In this document: in pieces, positions 1 to 7,281 of the stretch
How positions within the stretch are numbered: position 1 is the first letter of the stretch
Layout: every line of letters begins with the position of its first letter
Assembly: GCA_035720085.1 (NCBI GenBank)
Contig: DASTPC010000155.1
Coordinates: 1-41,735 of the forward strand
Length of the DNA: 41,735 bases
Origin: Gaiellaceae bacterium
Lineage (GTDB): Bacteria > Actinomycetota > Thermoleophilia > Gaiellales > Gaiellaceae
Reading direction: 5' to 3'
Made by a program: the position numbers and the translations under genes
The notes under the pieces: generated by a model
Told to the model about the DNA's origin: nothing
Databases searched by the model: none
Seen by the model: the letters and a program-made list of their open reading frames with translations, nothing else

Positions 1-251
1 AGCGCGGCGAGCGTGGCCAGGCCCGCGTAGAGGAACGAGCGGAAGAACTGCGCGTCGTAGGTCGAGATCGCGTCCCAGTAGTTCGAGAACTCCCAGGTGA
101 ACTCGTAGCCGCCGGTCAGGAGCGAGCCCGACTCGAGGGACTGGTAGAAGAGGTAGCCGAGCGGGATCACGAAGAACACCGCCAGCCAGGCGATGCCCGG
201 CACGAGCAGGAGGTAGGGCGTGGCCCAGCGGTGGCGGTGGAGGAAGGTCAC
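1..251 (-). CDS. potB: Polyamine ABC transporter permease, N-terminal part (runs off window)
   Basis: Manual translation from GTG at 251: MTFLHRHRWATPYLLLVPGIAWLAVFFVIPLGYLFYQSL...FSNYWDAISTY...FFRSFLYAGLATLAA. Typical PotB N-terminus, downstream of potD. Confidence 0.8.
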   Translation of the reverse strand, partial: MTFLHRHRWATPYLLLVPGIAWLAVFFVIPLGYLFYQSLESGSLLTGGYEFTWEFSNYWDAISTYDAQFFRSFLYAGLATLAA

Positions 252-348
252 TGCTCGGTGAGACTTGATCGCATCTGCGTGGTAGCGGTTACTGCTGAAT
301 CGAGGTTGCGAGTGTCGGCCGGCGTCGCTCCCGGGCGCAACGGGTGGC

Positions 349-448
349 GGGCGGAGCCGGGCTTTGCCCGGCGGGAGCCCCGACCCGCTCCGTTCCGTGC
401 GAGACGCTGAAGGAGGGGGCTCGTGGGGGGACCACGGGTTCCCCCACG
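349..448. repeat. REP-like intergenic element with two hairpins
   Basis: Hairpins GCCGGGC-TTT-GCCCGGC (356-372) and CGTGGGGGGACC-ACG-GGTTCCCCCACG (422-448), immediately after the potD stop. Confidence 0.55.
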
Positions 449-449
449 T

Positions 450-1601
450 TCAAGCGCCGACCACGGCCGCCCACTTCTCGCTGTACGCGTCGTTGTTGAG
501 CGCGGCCGAGTCGTACTGGTGCACGGTCGACAGCGTCTCGTCGTCGGGGAAGATCAGCTGGTTGTTCGCGATCTCCGGGTCGGTCTTGGCGAGCACTTCC
601 TTCGTGCCCTTCACCGGCGGGACGTAGTTGATGTAGGCGGCGATCTTGGCCTGCACGGCCGGGTCATAGACGAAGTTCATGTACGTCGAGGCGGTGGCGG
701 CGCTGCCGCCGGTCGGGATCAGCATGTTGTCCGTCCAGATCATCCCGCCCGCCTCGGGGACGACCCACTTGAGCTTCGGGTTGTCGGGGAGCAGCTGGAC
801 GATGTCGCCCGACCAGGCGACCGCCGCCGCGAGGTCGCCGTTCGCGAGCGGCGCCGCGTAGTCGTTGCCCGTGAAGCGACGGATCTGCCCCGAGTCGACG
901 CCGGCCTGGATCGTCGCGACCGCCTTCTCGAAGCTCTCGTCGGTCACCTTCGCCGGGTCGTCGCCGTTCTGGAGCATCGTCAGCCCGACCGAGTCGGCGA
1001 GCTCGAGCAGCATCGTCACCTTGCCCTTGAGCTTGGGATCCTCGAGCAGCTGCTGGACCGAGGTGACCGGCCCGGTGATGTCCGGGTTCCAGGCGATCCC
1101 GGTCATACCGGACTGCCACGGCAGCGAGTACGTGCGGTCGGGGTCGAACGGCGGCGAGGCCTGCGCGTCGATCAGGTTGTCGATGTTCGGGATCAGCTCC
1201 TTGTCCAGCTCCTCGAGCCAGCCCTGCGAGACCATGATCCCGGGGAAGCGCGAGTTGTCCGTGAGGACGATGATGTCGCGGTCGATGCCGTTGCCCTGCG
1301 CGAGCGGGCCCTGGATCTTCCCGAAGTACTGGGCGTTGTCGTTGATGTCCTCGTAGTAGGAGACGGCGATCCCCGTCTCTTCGGTGAACTGGTCCAGCGT
1401 CGGGTGCTTCTTGGTCTCCTCGACGTAGTCGATGTAGAGCGGCCAGTTGGAGAACCGCAGCGTGTCGGCCAGCTCGCCGCCCCCGCCGCCCCCGTCCCCG
1501 CCCCCGCCGCCGCACGCGGCGAGCAGGCCGGGAAGCGAGAGCACGGTGGCGCCGGCAGCGCCGCGCTGGAGCAGCTGGCGGCGGGTGAGCGGACGGGTCA
1601 T
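450..1601 (-). CDS. potD: Spermidine/putrescine ABC transporter substrate-binding lipoprotein (Tat/lipoprotein signal)
   Basis: RRQLL Tat motif, LAAC lipobox, NWPLYID, AWSGD, PEAGGMIWTDNM motifs; adjacent to potA. Confidence 0.9.
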   Translation of the reverse strand: MTRPLTRRQLLQRGAAGATVLSLPGLLAACGGGGGDGGGGGGELADTLRFSNWPLYIDYVEETKKHPTLDQFTEETGIAVSYYEDINDNAQYFGKIQGPLAQGNGIDRDIIVLTDNSRFPGIMVSQGWLEELDKELIPNIDNLIDAQASPPFDPDRTYSLPWQSGMTGIAWNPDITGPVTSVQQLLEDPKLKGKVTMLLELADSVGLTMLQNGDDPAKVTDESFEKAVATIQAGVDSGQIRRFTGNDYAAPLANGDLAAAVAWSGDIVQLLPDNPKLKWVVPEAGGMIWTDNMLIPTGGSAATASTYMNFVYDPAVQAKIAAYINYVPPVKGTKEVLAKTDPEIANNQLIFPDDETLSTVHQYDSAALNNDAYSEKWAAVVGA

Positions 1602-2677
1602 CGTGGGGGTTCCTCCTGACGATCGACGACGAAGGTGGCCTCCGGGCTCCAGCTGACCGTCACCCGGGTGCCGGCCGGCGGGATGGCGCCTCCCGCCTCG
1701 GCGTTCTGCTGGAAGACGCTGATCTGTCCCGCGGGCGTGTCGACCACGACCTGCGTGGCGACGCCGATGTACGCGCTCTCGCGCACGGCCCCGGCGAGCC
1801 GGTTGGCGCCGTCGGCCGGCTCGCCGAGCCGGACCTTCTCCGGCCGGACGCCCACCGCCACCTCACCGGCCGCGCCGTCGGTGTCGAGACGCACCTCGCT
1901 GCCGTCGCCGAGCCGGACGAGCCCCTGCCCCGCCACGACGCCGGAGAGCAGGTTCGAGGTGCCGAGGAACCCGGCCACGAAGGCGGTGCGCGGACGCTCG
2001 TACAGCTCGGTCGGCGCGCCCAGCTGCTCGATCCGGCCGTGGTTCATGACGGCGATGCGGTCGGCCATCGTCATCGCCTCCTCCTGGTCGTGCGTGACGT
2101 GCACGAACGTGATCCCGACCTCGTGCTGGATGCGCTTCAGCTCCATCTGCATCTGCTTGCGCAGCTTCAGGTCGAGCGCGCCGAGCGGCTCGTCGAGGAG
2201 CAGCACCTGCGGACTGTTGACGAGCGCGCGCGCGAGCGCGACCCGCTGCTGCTGGCCGCCGGAGAGCTGGCGCGGCTTGCGGTTCTCGCGCCCGGCCAGG
2301 TCGACCAGCTCGAGCATCTCGAGCACCCGCCCGCGGATCTCGCCCTTCTTGACGCCGCGCCGCTCGAGCCCGAAGGCGACGTTGGCGAAGATCGTCATGT
2401 GCGGGAAGAGCGCGTAGCTCTGGAAGACGGTGTTCACGTCGCGCTTGTACGGGGGCAGCCCGACGACGTCCCTGTCGCCCAGGTAGATCGCGCCCTCGGT
2501 CGGCTCCTCGAAGCCGCCGATCATCCGGAGCGTCGTCGTCTTGCCGCAGCCCGACGGGCCGAGCATGGCGAAGAACGAGCCGCGCGGGATCTCGAGCGAG
2601 ACGCCGTCGACGGCAACCACGTCGTCGAACCGCTTGACGACCTTCTCGAGGCGGACGTCGGCGACGGCCGTATTCAC
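1598..2677 (-). CDS. potA: Polyamine ABC transporter ATP-binding protein
   Basis: [23 protein letters not shown]-terminal TOBE-like region. Start moved to GTG 2677 (SD-like GGGAGGGAG upstream); the longer ORF-track N-terminus translates a repeat. Confidence 0.92.
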   Translation of the reverse strand: MNTAVADVRLEKVVKRFDDVVAVDGVSLEIPRGSFFAMLGPSGCGKTTTLRMIGGFEEPTEGAIYLGDRDVVGLPPYKRDVNTVFQSYALFPHMTIFANVAFGLERRGVKKGEIRGRVLEMLELVDLAGRENRKPRQLSGGQQQRVALARALVNSPQVLLLDEPLGALDLKLRKQMQMELKRIQHEVGITFVHVTHDQEEAMTMADRIAVMNHGRIEQLGAPTELYERPRTAFVAGFLGTSNLLSGVVAGQGLVRLGDGSEVRLDTDGAAGEVAVGVRPEKVRLGEPADGANRLAGAVRESAYIGVATQVVVDTPAGQISVFQQNAEAGGAIPPAGTRVTVSWSPEATFVVDRQEEPPR

Positions 2678-2692
2678 GCCGCTCCCTCCCGT

Positions 2693-2779
2693 GCGCAAGG
2701 GCAGGAATCCGCAGGAGCGGATTTTTGCCCGCGCCAACATCCCTGAAGCCGGCCGCCTTCGCGGCCGGAATCCAGACGC
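2693..2779 (+). repeat. Structured intergenic repeat family A, copy 1 (full core)
   Basis: GCGC-AA-GGGCAGGAATCCGC-AGGA-GCGGATTTTTGCCC-GCGC-CAACATCCCTGAAG-CCGGCCGC-CTTC-GCGGCCGG; aligns by eye with copies at 6161, 11031 and 22956. Confidence 0.85.
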
Positions 2780-2786
2780 GCCACCG

Positions 2787-3326
2787 TCACGCCGCTCCTT
2801 CCGCGGCCGGCTGGTGCACCCGCGCGCCCCAGTCGTAGAGCTGCTTCCACAGCTCGAGGTAGAGGAACGACTCCGTCGAGGCGACTCCCTCGAGCGCCCG
2901 GATCCGGCTCGTCAGCTCGAGCAGGGCGCGCCGGTCGGCGCACACGACCTCGACGAGGATGTCGAACTGCCCGGCCGTGACGACGACGTAGTCCGCCTCG
3001 CCCCACCGCGAGATCTCGTCGGCGACCGGCTCCGGCGGGCCTGCGGTGCGGATCCCCACCATCGCCATCGACTCGAACCCGAGCCCGAGCGGGTTGGTGA
3101 CGCCCGTCACCTGGAGGATGTTGTCGTCGCAGAGGCGCGCGTAGCGGGCGCGGACGGTCGCCTCCGATACGCCGAGCTCCGCGGCGATCCGCCGGAAGGG
3201 CTCCCGGCCGTTCCGCTGCAGCGCCTCGATGATGCCGCGGTCGACGCGGTCGATCCGCCGCGCGCGCGAGACGGCACCGCGCCGCCCGCGCCCGTTGACC
3301 GACGGTGACTGCTCTGGCTCGCGCAA
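2787..3326 (-). CDS. Lrp/AsnC family transcriptional regulator
   Basis: DRVDRGIIEALQRNGREPFRRIAAELGVSEATVRARY helix-turn-helix and RAM-domain motif TAGQFDILVEV. Start codon uncertain. Confidence 0.92.
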   Translation of the reverse strand: MREPEQSPSVNGRGRRGAVSRARRIDRVDRGIIEALQRNGREPFRRIAAELGVSEATVRARYARLCDDNILQVTGVTNPLGLGFESMAMVGIRTAGPPEPVADEISRWGEADYVVVTAGQFDILVEVVCADRRALLELTSRIRALEGVASTESFLYLELWKQLYDWGARVHQPAAEGAA

Positions 3327-3349
3327 TGCGAGGCGCTTCGTAGCACGCG

Positions 3350-3391
3350 GCGACGGATCGCGTCAAACGAGCGACGGATCGCGTCAAACGA
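3350..3391. promoter_or_regulatory. Perfect 21-bp tandem repeat upstream of lrp; candidate Lrp operator pair / promoter -35
   Basis: GCGACGGATCGCGTCAAACGA x2. Each unit holds a 13-bp semi-palindrome GACG-GATCG-CGTC and, on the minus strand, TTGACG. Confidence 0.5.
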
Positions 3392-3444
3392 GAGCGGCCG
3401 GGGCCGCGCATTGCGCAGCCCGACCGCCCTGGACGTCCCGTCGC

Positions 3445-4893
3445 TCACTCCGCGAGCTTCACGCAGACGTGCTTGATCTTCGTGTACTCCTCCATCGAGT
3501 AGAGCGACATGTCCTTGCCGTAGCCGGACTCCTTGAAGCCGCCGTGCGGCATCTCCGGCGAGAGCGGGAAGAGGTGCTCGTTCACCCAGACGGTGCCGAA
3601 CTCGAGCCGCGCGGCGACCTTCAGCGCGCGCCCGACGTTCTCGGAGAACACCGAGGCGGCGAGCCCGTAGCGCACGCCGTTCGCCAGCTCGATCGCCGCG
3701 TCGTCGGAGGCGAACGGCTGCACCGTCACGACCGGGCCGAAGACCTCGTTCTGCACGATCTCCGCGTCCTGGGCGACGTCCGCCACGATCGTCGGTGAGA
3801 CGAAGAAGCCGCGGTCGCCGACGGTGCCGCCGCCGGTGACGACGGTCGCCTTCGCCTCGACGGCGCGCTCGAGGAAGCCGAGCACCCGGTCGCGCTGCTC
3901 GGCGGAGATCACCGGGCCCATCTCGATCTCCTCGTCGGTGGCCGGGTCGCCGACCGTCATCGACTCGACGGCGGTCTTCGTCGCGGAGAGCACGTCGTCG
4001 TAGAGCCGCTCGCTGACCAGGATCCTCGAGGAGGCCGTGCAGTCCTGGCCGGAGTTGAAGTAGCCGCCGATCTTGATCGCCTCCGCCACGGTGGCGGGAT
4101 CGGCGTCGTCCAACACGACCATCGGCGCCTTGCCGCCCAGCTCCAGGTGCACGCGCTTGACGGTCTGGGCCGCGTTCGCGGCGATCAGCTTGCCGGTCGC
4201 CGTGTCTCCGGTCAGCGAGACGAGCCTGATCCTCGGATGGCGGACGAGCGCGTCCCCGGCCGGCACGCCGTCGCCGGTGACGACCTGCAGCACGCCGGGA
4301 GGCAGCACCTCCTGGGCGAGCTCGGCGAAGCGCAGCATCGTCAGCGGCGTCTGCTCGGCAGGCTTGATGATCTGGACGTTGCCCGCGGCGAGCGCCGGCC
4401 CCATCTTCCAGGCGGCCATGTAGAGCGGGTAGTTCCAGGGGCAGATGCCGGCGACGATGCCGAGCGGCTCGCGCCGGATCATCGACGTGTAGCCCTCGAC
4501 GTACTCGGCCGCCGACTTCCCCTCGAGGTTGCGGGCGGCGCCGGCGAAGAAGCGGAGGTTGTCGGACATGGCCGGCGGCTCGTCCTTCGCCACCCACCAG
4601 GGCTTGCCGACGTTCAGCGACTCGAGCCGCGCGAGCTCCTCGGCGTGCTCGTCGATCAGGTCCGCGAGCGCGAGCAGGAGCTCCATGCGGTCCTTCGGCG
4701 TCTTGAACTGCCAGTCCGACCAGGCCTTCTCGGCCGCCTCGACCGCGCGGCCGACGTCCTCGGCCGTGGCCCGCGGAACCTCCGCGATCACCTCGCCGGT
4801 GGACGGGTTCAGCACCTCCAGCGTCTCCCCCGACGACGAGTCGACCCACTCGCCGCCGATGAACATCTTCTGCTGCGTCACGGACACGCTCAT
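3445..4893 (-). CDS. patD: Gamma-aminobutyraldehyde dehydrogenase (ALDH family)
   Basis: PWNYP, KPAEQTP, LELGGKAP, NSGQDCTA, EVFGPV, HGGFKESGYGKDMS motifs; polyamine context; ATG at 4893. Confidence 0.85.
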   Translation of the reverse strand: MSVSVTQQKMFIGGEWVDSSSGETLEVLNPSTGEVIAEVPRATAEDVGRAVEAAEKAWSDWQFKTPKDRMELLLALADLIDEHAEELARLESLNVGKPWWVAKDEPPAMSDNLRFFAGAARNLEGKSAAEYVEGYTSMIRREPLGIVAGICPWNYPLYMAAWKMGPALAAGNVQIIKPAEQTPLTMLRFAELAQEVLPPGVLQVVTGDGVPAGDALVRHPRIRLVSLTGDTATGKLIAANAAQTVKRVHLELGGKAPMVVLDDADPATVAEAIKIGGYFNSGQDCTASSRILVSERLYDDVLSATKTAVESMTVGDPATDEEIEMGPVISAEQRDRVLGFLERAVEAKATVVTGGGTVGDRGFFVSPTIVADVAQDAEIVQNEVFGPVVTVQPFASDDAAIELANGVRYGLAASVFSENVGRALKVAARLEFGTVWVNEHLFPLSPEMPHGGFKESGYGKDMSLYSMEEYTKIKHVCVKLAE

Positions 4894-4954
4894 CGCTCGT
4901 TCCCTCCGCTCGTTGGACCCGCCACGAGCGTAGCGCGTCCGGTAGAACGGTCGT

Positions 4955-6160
4955 ATGCGGATCCTCGTCGTCGGGACGGGCGGTGTCGGCTCGGCGTTCG
5001 CGGGGATCGCGCAGCGACGGGACTTCTTCGAGCGGATCGTGCTGGCCGACCTTGACCCGGCCCGGCCGCAGGCAGTTGTGGACGCGCTCGACGACGGGCG
5101 CTTCGGCGCCGCACGGGCCGACGCCTCGGACGAGGAGGCGCTCGTCGCGCTGATCCGGGAGGTCGGCGCCGACGCGGTGCTGAACGCGACCGACCCGCGC
5201 TTCAACCCGCCGCTCTTCGACGCCTGCCTCCGCGCGCGGGTCACCTACCTCGACATGGCGATGACCCTCTCCGAGCCGCATCCAGCGCGGCCGTACGAGG
5301 AGGTCGGCGTCAAGCTCGGCGACTACCAGTTCGAGCGCGACGCCGCGTGGCGCGACGCCGGCCTGCTGGCGCTCGTCGGGATCGGCGTGGAGCCGGGCGC
5401 CGCGGACGTCTTCGCGCGACACGCCGCCGACGAGCTGTTCGCGGAGATCGACGAGGTCGGCGTCCGCGACGGCTCCAATCTCGTGGTGGAGGGGTACGAC
5501 TTCGCGCCGACGTTCTCGATCTGGACGACGATCGAGGAGTGCCTCAACCCGCCGGTCGTGTGGGAGCGTGACCGCGGCTGGTTCACGACCGAGCCGTTCT
5601 CGGAGCCGGAGGTGTTCGACTTCCCGGACGGGATCGGCCCGGTCGAGTGCGTCAACGTCGAGCACGAGGAGGTGCTGCTGGTGCCGCGCTGGATCGACTG
5701 CCGGCGCGTGACCTTCAAGTACGGGCTCGGAGACGAGTTCATCGACGTGCTGCGGACGCTGCACAAGCTCGGGCTCGACTCGAAGGAGAAGCTGCGCGTG
5801 CGTGACGTCGAGGTCGCGCCGCGTGACGTCGTCGCCGCGGCGCTTCCCGACCCGATGACGCTCGGCGACCGCATGGTCGGGAAGACGTGCGCCGGGACGC
5901 TCGTCACCGGGACCGGCAAGGACGGGCGGCCGAGGAAGACGTACCTCTACCACGTGGTCGACAACGAGTGGTCGATGCGCGAGTACGGCGCACAGGCGGT
6001 CGTCTGGCAGACGGCGCTCAGCCCCGTCGCCGCGCTGGAGCTGCTCGCTTCGGGGGCCTGGTCGGGAACCGGCGTGCTCGGACCGGAGGCGTTCCCGGCG
6101 CAGCCGTTCCTCGACCAGCTCGCCGGGCTCGGCTCTCCGCACGGCGTGCTCGATTTGTAG
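4955..6160 (+). CDS. Saccharopine dehydrogenase family oxidoreductase (carboxyspermidine-dehydrogenase-like)
   Basis: Rossmann GTGGVG, YLDMA, GIGVEPG, VEHEEV, VVWQTA motifs; divergent from the polyamine genes. Confidence 0.8.
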   Translation: MRILVVGTGGVGSAFAGIAQRRDFFERIVLADLDPARPQAVVDALDDGRFGAARADASDEEALVALIREVGADAVLNATDPRFNPPLFDACLRARVTYLDMAMTLSEPHPARPYEEVGVKLGDYQFERDAAWRDAGLLALVGIGVEPGAADVFARHAADELFAEIDEVGVRDGSNLVVEGYDFAPTFSIWTTIEECLNPPVVWERDRGWFTTEPFSEPEVFDFPDGIGPVECVNVEHEEVLLVPRWIDCRRVTFKYGLGDEFIDVLRTLHKLGLDSKEKLRVRDVEVAPRDVVAAALPDPMTLGDRMVGKTCAGTLVTGTGKDGRPRKTYLYHVVDNEWSMREYGAQAVVWQTALSPVAALELLASGAWSGTGVLGPEAFPAQPFLDQLAGLGSPHGVLDL

Positions 6161-6267
6161 GCGCGAGGTCGGGATCTGCACACCTGTGCAGGTCCCGACC
6201 GCGCAAACATCCCTAAAGGCGTCGGCCTCCGGCCGCCGCAACGGCGCGATTCAACGGCGTCAGACGC
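6161..6267 (+). repeat. Structured repeat family A, copy 2 (divergent)
   Basis: GCGC-GA-GGTCGGGATCTGCAC-ACCT-GTGCAGGTCCCGACC-GCGC-AAACATCCCTAAAG, second hairpin, then GCAACGGCG...AACGGCGTCAGACGC, a tail shared with copy 4. Confidence 0.75.
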
Positions 6268-6271
6268 CAGG

Positions 6272-7237
6272 TCAGGCCCGGCGCGCCGCCCAGTACGGGG
6301 CGAGCGCGTCGCGCGCGGCGCGGACGAGCGACCAGCAGCTGCCGTAGCGCTCGGTCGGTTCCTTGGCGAGGCCCTGCGCGAGTACCGCGTCCAGCCCCGC
6401 CGGCAGCTGCGGGGCGCGCGAGGTCACGGTCGGCGCGTCGTCCTGCACGTGCGCCCAGAGCACGGCGAAGTCGGAGTCGCGCCGGAAGGGCGGGCTGCCG
6501 GTGAGGCACTCGTAGAGCACGCACGCGAGCGAGTAGGCATCGGCCGCGGGGCCGGCCTCGTCGCGCTCGATCCGCTCGGGCGCGACGTAGTCGACGGCGC
6601 CCAGCCCGCCCTCGCCGGCAGCCGGGTCGGTGGCGAGGCGCCTCGAGAGCCCGAACCCGGACAGCAAGGCGTGGTCGCCCGCCGCAACGCGGACGTTGCC
6701 CGGCCGGACGTCGCCGTGGAGGAGGCCCCGCGAGTGGGAGGCGTCGAGCGCGGCGGCCACCTGGCCGGCCACGACGAGCGACCGCGGGGCGGGCAACGGC
6801 CCCCGGGCGAGCAGGCCCCGCAGGTCGCCTCCCTCCACGAAGCGCATCGCCACGAACAGCACCCCGCCGTCCTCCCCGGCGTCGTGGATCGGGAGCACGT
6901 TGGGGTGGCCCAGACTCGCCGCGAGGCGACAGTCGTGCAGGAAGCGCTCTCGGAAGCCGTCCGCCTGCACCAGCTCGGGCGCCGGCACCTTGAACGCGAC
7001 GTCGCCTTCGAGCCGGTCGTGCTCGGCCAGGTAGACGGCACCCGTGCTGCCGCGCCCGAGCAGGCGCCCGACGCGGTAGCCGGCGATCTTCCGGCCCGTC
7101 AGCGAGCCCGCCACGACCGCGCGGGCCCCGGAGCCCCCGGCCGGTCGGGGCAGCCCGTGCGCGACCGCACGTGTCACCCGATCCGAGTCCGCGTCGCCGC
7201 TCGCGTCCACGTCGCGCAGAATGGGGCCCGCCGCCAC
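6272..7237 (-). CDS. Hanks-type Ser/Thr kinase domain protein, probable pseudokinase
   Basis: GRGSTG, VAFK, YVAPE and DAYSLAC are present, but HRDVK reads HGDVR and DFG reads GFG. True start may be near GTG 7114. Confidence 0.8.
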   Translation of the reverse strand: MAAGPILRDVDASGDADSDRVTRAVAHGLPRPAGGSGARAVVAGSLTGRKIAGYRVGRLLGRGSTGAVYLAEHDRLEGDVAFKVPAPELVQADGFRERFLHDCRLAASLGHPNVLPIHDAGEDGGVLFVAMRFVEGGDLRGLLARGPLPAPRSLVVAGQVAAALDASHSRGLLHGDVRPGNVRVAAGDHALLSGFGLSRRLATDPAAGEGGLGAVDYVAPERIERDEAGPAADAYSLACVLYECLTGSPPFRRDSDFAVLWAHVQDDAPTVTSRAPQLPAGLDAVLAQGLAKEPTERYGSCWSLVRAARDALAPYWAARRA

Positions 7238-7281
7238 GCAAACGCTTCACGTTCGGTACAAGGCGCCGTACTCTCCTGGTC

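Noticed and set aside
289..474. 61-aa ORF (GEPVVPPRAPSF...PAGQSPAPP)
   Set aside because: Translation of the REP-like hairpin element.
3107..6241. 1044-aa minus-strand ORF
   Set aside because: Alternative-frame/antisense shadow of the ALDH and dehydrogenase genes; Arg/Gly/Pro-rich with no motifs, as expected in high-GC DNA.
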